DNA of 59,319 bases from a bacterium (GTDB lineage Bacteria; Elusimicrobiota; Elusimicrobia; Elusimicrobiales; UBA9959): contig JAJZOZ010000003.1 in assembly GCA_021811405.1 (NCBI GenBank), positions 1 to 59,319 on the forward strand. Direction: 5' to 3'. The translations under genes and the position numbers were made by a program. Under the pieces are notes generated by a model. The model searched no databases. It was not told the origin of the DNA and was given only the letters and a program-made list of their open reading frames with translations. The first letter of the stretch is position 1; the number at the start of each line of letters is the position of its first letter. Of the stretch, positions 52,798 through 59,319 are shown piece after piece.

Positions 52798-52967
52798 AAG
52801 GAGTCCCGCTCTTATCCGCGAGATGTCGTCGCAGGCGTGGCCACGAAGCGCGGCCCCGCACTGCTCCTTGCCGCGAGAAGCGGGGTCCGCAGGCTCGCCC
52901 ACACGCCGGCCCATTGGTGGGCCGGCTGCGGGCTCGCTCTGCTCCACCATAAGGTGTCCCGCTCTTA
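52798..52967. repeat. 17-bp near-perfect direct repeats flanking a GC-rich multi-hairpin
   Basis: aaggagtcccgctctta (52798-52814) vs aaggtgtcccgctctta (52951-52967). Confidence 0.7.
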
Positions 52968-53405
52968 AACTGCTTTATAATTATTCCCCGCGCGCACTGC
53001 AAAGAAAAGAGCTGAACCTATTATATTACAGATTCGCCCGCGCCGCCAATGGCTTCGGCTGAAGCCACTCGCGGCGCGGGCCTGTTCCTGTTAATGTCAA
53101 CTGACCTTATGCCGGTGGCCCCGATTTGATAAAACACCGCCCCGGCGTCCGCTTCGCGGCCGCCGCGGCGGTCTTTATGTAATTGTTTGTAGCCACCGGA
53201 AGAGGCGGAAACTGCAAAGAACAAGCGGTAGGCCCAGGCCGGCAGCGGCTGGCCGTTTGAGGGCCGCCGCCTCCGGCCTGGCCCGGCTTACAATGTTCCC
53301 ACCCATTTATGGTACAGCAAAATTACCCACCCGATTTGAGGGAGAAGACTATAGGCGCTTATAAAGTATGTGCTTTCATCACGACATGCCGTTGTCGGGA
53401 TGCTC

Positions 53406-53414
53406 TGCTATAAT
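53406..53414 (+). promoter_or_regulatory. Extended -10 promoter of the cyclase-like/HEPN cassette
   Basis: TGcTATAAT about 55 nt upstream of ATG 53469. Confidence 0.55.
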
Positions 53415-53468
53415 AAGCGTGTTGGGCAACAAAATACCTGCAAGCGTTTATCCTGGGGAAATACGAGT

Positions 53469-54128
53469 ATGGACTTCTCTTTCGCGCAATTCAAGAACAG
53501 GTGGGTGGCCTATTTCGACCTTCTTGGCTTTTCAAGCATGGCTTCTAGTAATTCTGATTTTGGACGCCAGTTGGTTCTTGATATATACGCTGAAGTAATC
53601 GAAAAGGTGAAAGATGTTTCCAAGGAAGCTGCTGGCCATTCCGCCCCTGTAATGCCAGTCTGGTTCTCGGATAGTTTCCTGATGTATACGCCAGGGGATA
53701 CTCCGCTGGAATACCGGGCAATAATATCTGCTTCGAAGCGGTTCATCGAAAAGCAGATCCGGGGCGGCATTCCCGCTTGCGGGATTATAGGTTTCGGCGA
53801 ATTGTTCGCTCATGCCGAGAAAAACGTTTTTATCGGGAAAGTCCTATGCGATGTTGTGCGCCTGGAACAGAACCTGCACTCCGTCGGATTATTTATAAGC
53901 GATGACGCGGTTAAAAAGGCAAGGTCCTATAACTTGCAGCCAACGCGGCACGGATTTCAGCCCATGGGGGAAAAGGGATTTGCTTATACGTTTTACGGAG
54001 GCCCGGCCAACTTCCGGAATCCTTGCCTTTCAAAGCTTGAGGAAATGCAGAGACTGGCCCCGCCAGCAGCCAAAGACAAATATGAGGGCGTGATAAAACA
54101 TGTCGAGAAATTTGCCCGCAAAATATGA
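53469..54128 (+). CDS. Class III nucleotide-cyclase-like (palm-fold) protein
   Basis: VAYFDLLGFS (first metal Asp), WFSDSFLMY (second Asp), GIPACGIIGFGEL, FIGKVLCDVVRLEQ aligned by eye to the cyclase core; ATG 53469 preferred. Confidence 0.65.
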   Translation: MDFSFAQFKNRWVAYFDLLGFSSMASSNSDFGRQLVLDIYAEVIEKVKDVSKEAAGHSAPVMPVWFSDSFLMYTPGDTPLEYRAIISASKRFIEKQIRGGIPACGIIGFGELFAHAEKNVFIGKVLCDVVRLEQNLHSVGLFISDDAVKKARSYNLQPTRHGFQPMGEKGFAYTFYGGPANFRNPCLSKLEEMQRLAPPAAKDKYEGVIKHVEKFARKI

Positions 54129-54829
54129 AACAGAAACTTCAGGACCACCCTATATTTACGGAAGCCTTCAAGGCAACACTTGATTTGTCCGAGGACACAC
54201 GGTTCCTACTACTGGCCGGGAAATCCACCTACCAAGGGAAAGAGGTTTTGTTTAAAACGCATGTATGGCTCGGGAAGTTCTGCGCGTTCATGGAGCAACT
54301 TAAGTATGCGGCAGGGATGCTTTCAAAGTATCGAGGAAGCGCCGCTTCCTCCGGCGCAACGCGGTATGACCATATCCAATACGCGATTGAAAACTTTTAT
54401 ATTCGCTATCCATCGGCGCTGGACAGGGCGCTCCGAGCCGTAAATGAGGCCTTCGGTCTTGGATTTAAACCGCGCAAGTGCCGGTACGATAATGTGACGA
54501 ATTCTCCCGGGGTTAAGGGAACTTCCGTGGCGGCGGCCCTCACGGTTATCCACGGCACGACCAGGAAGTACAAAAACGAACGCGACATTATCGCCCATTA
54601 CGGGAATTATGAGGATGATACTTTGCGGGCTATCGGGGCCTATTGTATCGCCAGGAAGATCGACCCGCAAAAATTCTCAAAATGGGATGTCCACAACAAA
54701 ACCATGGCCGATAGTTATGTTAAGGAAAAGAAACGCGAATTCTTCGGGGATATAGTGGTCCTGGAGAAGTTCCTGTACATCTTTTTTGATGCACTTTCTA
54801 TAAAAATATCTGGGAGTCAGAATAGCTGA
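54125..54829 (+). CDS. Cthe_2314-like HEPN domain protein (putative RNase)
   Basis: YAIENFYIRYPSALD...N..FGLG, RDIIAH (Rx4H); ATGA overlap with upstream gene. Confidence 0.72.
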   Translation: MKQKLQDHPIFTEAFKATLDLSEDTRFLLLAGKSTYQGKEVLFKTHVWLGKFCAFMEQLKYAAGMLSKYRGSAASSGATRYDHIQYAIENFYIRYPSALDRALRAVNEAFGLGFKPRKCRYDNVTNSPGVKGTSVAAALTVIHGTTRKYKNERDIIAHYGNYEDDTLRAIGAYCIARKIDPQKFSKWDVHNKTMADSYVKEKKREFFGDIVVLEKFLYIFFDALSIKISGSQNS

Positions 54830-55049
54830 TTTATGTGCTGATGTCTTAAAATGCGGATAGACTTCGCGGTCGCCGTCTCCGGCTTGGCCCGCTTTACAAC
54901 AGATTGTTGGTCTACCAAACGATTATTGTTATAGAATCAGATTGTACGGGGGCCCCATTCTTTCAGAACATTATCTTGGTCGAGGCTTCAAAAGCAGACG
55001 AGTCCCTAGACGGTTCCAGGCTTTAAAGAGACTGCACGGAGATTGATAA

Positions 55050-56141
55050 ATGACCAGAGAGACCGAGCTTCTTGAAGAGATCTATGCCGAGTTTATCAAT
55101 ACTGGACAATTCCCCAGGAGGGAATATTTCAGAAATTCACATCACCAGGACCTCGATATTTTAGACAGCCTAGAAACAAAAGGGACTTTCAATAACCGGG
55201 ATGGTCTATATGCAATACCCATAACTAAGCTTCCCGAGATTAAATATTGGGAATCCGAGAAAGTCCTACCGAATAGAATACTGCCTGTCCTGAAAGAGTT
55301 CCGTCTTGAGAACATGGAGAAAGACAGGACCGTCGGGGAAATCGAGCAGGCTCTGGTCGGCACGCCGGGAATAACTTCCAAAGATATTCAACGCGCTATC
55401 TATTATCTCCAGGAAGCCTGCTTCTTTGAAAGCTATCAAGGGGGACCGAATGCCGGTGGTTATAAGACTGTTCGCCCTAGGGAAGAAGTCCTGCGTTATT
55501 CAACTATTGATAAGCGTATTGAGTCGCTGAAAGGGCAAAGAAAGGCGGCTTCTCCGTTGGCATTCTTGGGGGTCCCTAAAATGATCCAGCCTAAGGGGCC
55601 TTCTCTTTGTGCTCCCAACGAGGCTTGGGCGGAAATCCAAAAAGAATATGACTGTAGCAAGGCTAAGTTCGCTCGCCAGATTAATTTTCTGCCGCGCTTC
55701 AAAAGAGAGGTCGTAATTCGCGATGTCGCACAGGCATTTAGTTGTTTAAAGGCCGGGTTTTATAAGCCAGCCGCTATATTGGCCGGCGGCGCTATAGAGG
55801 AACTGTTGCGGCTCTATTTGAAACACCACGCATTTCCGACCAAGAATAAAACTTTTGAAAACTATATCGATGACTGTGAGCAGCATAAGCTCTTACGGTC
55901 AGGAATCGCTCATCTGACCCACGCGGTCAGGAATTTCAGGAATTTCGCCCATTTGGCTAAAGAGATTTCCAAGAAGCGGTCGATTTCAAAATCAATTGCT
56001 ACTGGCGCAGTAAGCGCGGTCTTCACTATCGTAGGGAATTTTGAAAAGCCGCTCCCGGAGAAGAAGAAGGCGAAAACAATAAAGGGGTCTGGCAGGATAT
56101 TGCGGTTCAAGATCAAAAAGCACGGAGGGGGAAATGGTTAA
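55050..56141 (+). CDS. Two-domain protein with C-terminal DUF4145-like HEPN domain
   Basis: AFSCLKAGFYKPAAILAGGAIEELL and VRNFRNFAH motifs; unknown N-terminal domain. Confidence 0.62.
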   Translation: MTRETELLEEIYAEFINTGQFPRREYFRNSHHQDLDILDSLETKGTFNNRDGLYAIPITKLPEIKYWESEKVLPNRILPVLKEFRLENMEKDRTVGEIEQALVGTPGITSKDIQRAIYYLQEACFFESYQGGPNAGGYKTVRPREEVLRYSTIDKRIESLKGQRKAASPLAFLGVPKMIQPKGPSLCAPNEAWAEIQKEYDCSKAKFARQINFLPRFKREVVIRDVAQAFSCLKAGFYKPAAILAGGAIEELLRLYLKHHAFPTKNKTFENYIDDCEQHKLLRSGIAHLTHAVRNFRNFAHLAKEISKKRSISKSIATGAVSAVFTIVGNFEKPLPEKKKAKTIKGSGRILRFKIKKHGGGNG

Positions 56142-56427
56142 GGTAAATATCCAGCAGAAGGACGGACATGTCAGAGTCGAGGTCTTAATTGAGAGGGCCG
56201 CCAATGATTCAAAGTGGCATCGCCTTGAGGTCGCCACTAACGACGGCTTCAAATGGGATGCCCCGGTGAAGATCGATCTTCCGAATAGTGATAATTGTGG
56301 TGTTACGGACCTGGCCCCTGAATCGGAGCGATTGGTTGTGACATGGGATGGAGAAGTTGTTGCGAAAGAGAAGCTGACATTGTCAGACCGAAGTCGGATG
56401 ATTTCGGCTAAATATGACGTCCAGTGA
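56134..56427 (+). CDS. Hypothetical protein, 97 aa, beta-rich
   Basis: GGAGG RBS, overlaps upstream stop by 8 nt. Confidence 0.6.
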   Translation: MVKVNIQQKDGHVRVEVLIERAANDSKWHRLEVATNDGFKWDAPVKIDLPNSDNCGVTDLAPESERLVVTWDGEVVAKEKLTLSDRSRMISAKYDVQ

Positions 56428-56452
56428 TGGGCGTTGCTCTGAGTGAGTCTCT

Positions 56453-58321
56453 ATGGCAACAATAATCCCGGCTGAAGCATTAAATGCGGCAACGGGTGGA
56501 GAGAGAAAACTCTTGCGGAAACTTCATGCCGGGCTGCCGCCGGAATGTCTGCTTTGGCATGGAGTAGAACTGCCGGGGAGTTATCAGGCGGATGTCGTCT
56601 GTTATATCCCGGCGCGCGGGCTCATAATCTTCGAGGTGAAGGATTGGGGGCGAGACACGATCCTCACGTGCAATAAAGACGGCTGGGTGATCTGCGACGA
56701 GGGCAAGGATAAGGGAGTCAAATCCCCGTTAACTCAGGTCCGCAACTACTTTTATCGGCTCAAAGAACTATTCGAGAAGAAAAATCTGCTTTTGGCTGAA
56801 GGAGGCAGCTATAAAGGCAAGTTCAAGATCCCTATTGCTTATGCCGTGGTATTCCCAAACATAAGCCGCGCTGATCTGCCCGAAGGAATCGGGGATGTTC
56901 TGCCATACTCCCGCATACTTTCCAGGGAAGATCTGGATGCGCTCGGAGACTCCGTAAAAGGGCCGGAAGCGACGGCTTTCCTGGGCAAGTATTTCAGCGA
57001 GCACTTCTGGCCCAATGAAGCGCTGAATGAGAACGAACGCAATATCCTTATCTCGACGATCTACCCGGAAAAGAGCTATTCGCCCAAAAGCAAGAATGGC
57101 GCGGTGAATTATTTCCTTGATGGCCGTCAGGCTCAGTTGGTGGAGCGTCTGGAATCGGGGCACCATATCATCCGCGGCATCGCCGGCAGCGGCAAGTCAT
57201 TGGTGCTTTGTGCTAAAGCGCAGCTTCTGGCCAGAAGCAAACCGGATGCCAAGATCCTGCTGGTCTGCTTCAATACCAGTCTGAAAAGCCAGCTGGATTT
57301 TTATCTTCAGAGTTTCAACGGAGATAAATCTTCAAGCACTTCCGGAGTGATACATGTTTTCAACTTTCATAAGTTCATTGACTGGCAGGCCAAAAAAGCC
57401 GGGGACGAAGAGGCGTGCCAGAAACATTTGAATGATTCCTGGGAGCATGGCGATGACGACGGGCAAAGCGCCATGCTGGGGGAATATCTGCGGGGGTTGG
57501 CTCTCCGGCCGGATACAGTTAAATACGATGCGATCTTGATAGATGAAAGTCAGGACTTCCATTATTCCTGGCTGAAGGGGCTGCGGGCTTTTATCAAGCC
57601 GGAACCGCATTTACTTATCCTGGCCGAGGACTTTAACCAGAAAATATACCATCGGAAGTTCACTTACAAGGGCGCAGATATCAATGTCCAGGGCCGGGTC
57701 AGGAAACTTCCGATGATCTATCGCAGTACGAGAGAGATAATTGTTCCTGCCATGAGATATCTTCACGGAGAAAAATTCGAGGACAGCGCCAAACAGTATC
57801 TGACTATGGAGGATTGCGTTGCCAATAATTCCAGCGGTAATATGCCGGACCTGCGGCTTTTCCCTAATGATGTAGAAGTCTTCAAGTTCATCGTTGATGA
57901 TATCCGGGCGCAGGTCGAGAATGGCGCAGCCTTTTCGGATATCGGGGTGTTCCACCCTTTCCACAACGGTACTCAGCGGATCGCTGAATATCTGGAAAAG
58001 CATGGAATCCCGGTCTACTGGCTTGCCAAGGACAACCTTGCTAAGAAAAATTTCAGCTTGTCGCGGAATGCTGTCGTGGTAAGCACGATCCATTCGGCTA
58101 AAGGCTTGGAGTTTGACCATGTCTACTTCTCGGGCATTGAATGTTTCCCTTTGGAAAATCTCAAGCTTACCGAAAGAGAGAATGCCTCAATTGTCTATGT
58201 CGGCATGACAAGGGCAAAAAGGCGGGTCGTGCTGATTTCGACCAAAGAAAATCAGACTATTCTGAAGCTGAGGGCGGCCCTGGCTCAATGCGCTGACAAT
58301 TCGGGGGACATGGCCTTGTAG
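56453..58321 (+). CDS. NERD nuclease fused to SF1 (UvrD-like) helicase
   Basis: GERK, ADVV..IFEVKDW, SPLTQV (NERD); GIAGSGKS, IDESQDF, YRST, STIHSAKGLEFD, YVGMTRAK. Confidence 0.88.
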   Translation: MATIIPAEALNAATGGERKLLRKLHAGLPPECLLWHGVELPGSYQADVVCYIPARGLIIFEVKDWGRDTILTCNKDGWVICDEGKDKGVKSPLTQVRNYFYRLKELFEKKNLLLAEGGSYKGKFKIPIAYAVVFPNISRADLPEGIGDVLPYSRILSREDLDALGDSVKGPEATAFLGKYFSEHFWPNEALNENERNILISTIYPEKSYSPKSKNGAVNYFLDGRQAQLVERLESGHHIIRGIAGSGKSLVLCAKAQLLARSKPDAKILLVCFNTSLKSQLDFYLQSFNGDKSSSTSGVIHVFNFHKFIDWQAKKAGDEEACQKHLNDSWEHGDDDGQSAMLGEYLRGLALRPDTVKYDAILIDESQDFHYSWLKGLRAFIKPEPHLLILAEDFNQKIYHRKFTYKGADINVQGRVRKLPMIYRSTREIIVPAMRYLHGEKFEDSAKQYLTMEDCVANNSSGNMPDLRLFPNDVEVFKFIVDDIRAQVENGAAFSDIGVFHPFHNGTQRIAEYLEKHGIPVYWLAKDNLAKKNFSLSRNAVVVSTIHSAKGLEFDHVYFSGIECFPLENLKLTERENASIVYVGMTRAKRRVVLISTKENQTILKLRAALAQCADNSGDMAL

Positions 58322-58414
58322 CGTGATGGCTTTTTGAGTCCGAATGACTCACTAAATATAGCTTTGCCTGTATCGGGCCGGGCGATTATTGTAGAATAAT
58401 CCCAAGGTTAGGCT

Positions 58415-59113
58415 ATGGGCAACACGATTCTGATCGTTGAAGATGATACGCCACTACGTAAGTCGCTGGTGAAATATTTTTCAGTTTGTGGTTTTACGGT
58501 GTATTCCGCCGGCAGTTGCCCGGAGGCCGTAGAACTGGTTTTTCGGCACCTGCCAGATTGTTTCTTGCTCGATTACCACCTTGGCGACGAGACCGCCCTG
58601 CTTATCTGCCTCTCCGTGCGCGGCTGCACGCAGCTCCGTGAAGCCCCGATAGTGATATTGAGCGGCGATGAGCAGCAAGTCGCCGACTGCTATGATAGCT
58701 GCCAGGCTGATGCCTTCGTGTTGAAAGGACACGGGCACAAGGCGGCTTTGGCCGCGATACAGCGGCAGTTGCGCCGTGTGGGCAAGCCGTGCGAGCCACA
58801 ACCCTCCGACCTGGTCTTGGACCATAAAGGGCAGCGGGTAATCAGGAACGGGGCAACGCTGGCTAAACTTTCCCCGGAACAGTTCAAACTTTTCTCGTTT
58901 CTCTTCGAGAATCGGCCGCGCTGCGTTCCCGGCAGTGAAATTATTGCGCAGGTATTTACCGAACCTCCACGCGACCTGGCGGAAGCGCTTGCCGCTCTGG
59001 TGTACAGGCTGCGTCAGACGCTCGGCCATCCCTATGCCCGCAGGATAGCCCGCAAAAAAGGGCGCGGCTGGGCATATATACAGCCGCGGCAGTATACCAA
59101 AACGCCTGTTTAG
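58415..59113 (+). CDS. Orphan response regulator (REC + winged-helix)
   Basis: IVEDD, LLDYHL, ILSGD, FVLK, LSPEQFKLF, LVYRLRQTL, KGRGW. Confidence 0.82.
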   Translation: MGNTILIVEDDTPLRKSLVKYFSVCGFTVYSAGSCPEAVELVFRHLPDCFLLDYHLGDETALLICLSVRGCTQLREAPIVILSGDEQQVADCYDSCQADAFVLKGHGHKAALAAIQRQLRRVGKPCEPQPSDLVLDHKGQRVIRNGATLAKLSPEQFKLFSFLFENRPRCVPGSEIIAQVFTEPPRDLAEALAALVYRLRQTLGHPYARRIARKKGRGWAYIQPRQYTKTPV

Positions 59114-59319
59114 CGGATTTTGTGGCAATTTCCGCAACACGATTTTCCCCGACGTAAAACCCTCTCCAAAATGACGCACGCGCCATTGACAAAGTGGTAA
59201 CTCTCTGCCAAGATATATCCGGGCACGCGGGGACTTCACTGTGATTTGCATACTTCAGCGGCGGTGCGGCCTGGCCGTGGGGCGGCCATTTGTAACCGGT
59301 GAGGGAGCTGATCTGCGCG

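Larger units (their letters stand above)
53265..54899 (+). repeat. 29-bp imperfect direct repeats bracketing a two-gene cassette
   Basis: cgccgcctccggcctggcccggcttacaa (53265-53293) vs cgccgtctccggcttggcccgctttacaa (54871-54899), 25 of 29 identical. Confidence 0.7.
53300..59319. mobile_element. Lower-GC horizontally acquired (defence-like) island, right boundary not seen
   Basis: Abrupt shift to A/T-ending codons and HEPN/NERD-helicase cargo; no integrase within window. Confidence 0.65.

Noticed and set aside
52726-53224. Short ORFs 52726-52968, 52739-53002, 52823-53062, 53021-53224
   Set aside because: They overlap palindromic DNA, with no motifs or consistent coding signal
52700-55049. 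CRISPR array or integron attC sites
   Set aside because: Repeats occur only as pairs without regular spacers; no convincing RYYYAAC...GTTRRRY boxes and no cas or intI gene

Overview
High-GC bacterial chromosome segment. The protein style suggests Elusimicrobiota, but this is inference from recall and was not verified. (1) 1-6242: accessory genes for secreted proteases (clostripain-like, two trypsin-like), an AlaX-type editing protein, RluA, an NAD-dependent epimerase and a VOC protein. (2) 6556-21798: S10-spc-alpha ribosomal superoperon (rplC to rplQ, with secY, adk, map, infA, rpoA). It lacks rpsJ and rpmD and is preceded by a ~270-nt structured leader. (3) It runs straight into mreBCD-mrdA-rodA-DUF2344-rng-amidase-murI. 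(4) 32186-43656: mixed housekeeping genes, including an orphan His-less HicA, comB-like, queC, queE, PLD, hpt, ftsH, and cdaA followed by a 33-aa CdaR-like membrane micropeptide missed by the ORF track. (5) 43666-48822: two-component cluster, followed by tRNA-Ser(CGA) and mgtA coupled to a PTS EIIA-domain gene. (6) From ~52700: a hairpin/repeat-rich junction, then a visibly lower-GC island. The island carries a class III nucleotide-cyclase-like gene coupled to a Cthe_2314-like HEPN gene and bracketed by imperfect direct repeats, a second HEPN-like (DUF4145-type) protein, a NERD nuclease-SF1 helicase and an orphan response regulator. The cyclase-like + HEPN cassette is the best candidate for an undescribed defence or toxin-antitoxin system. 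All family calls come from motif reading by eye; no database searches were run.
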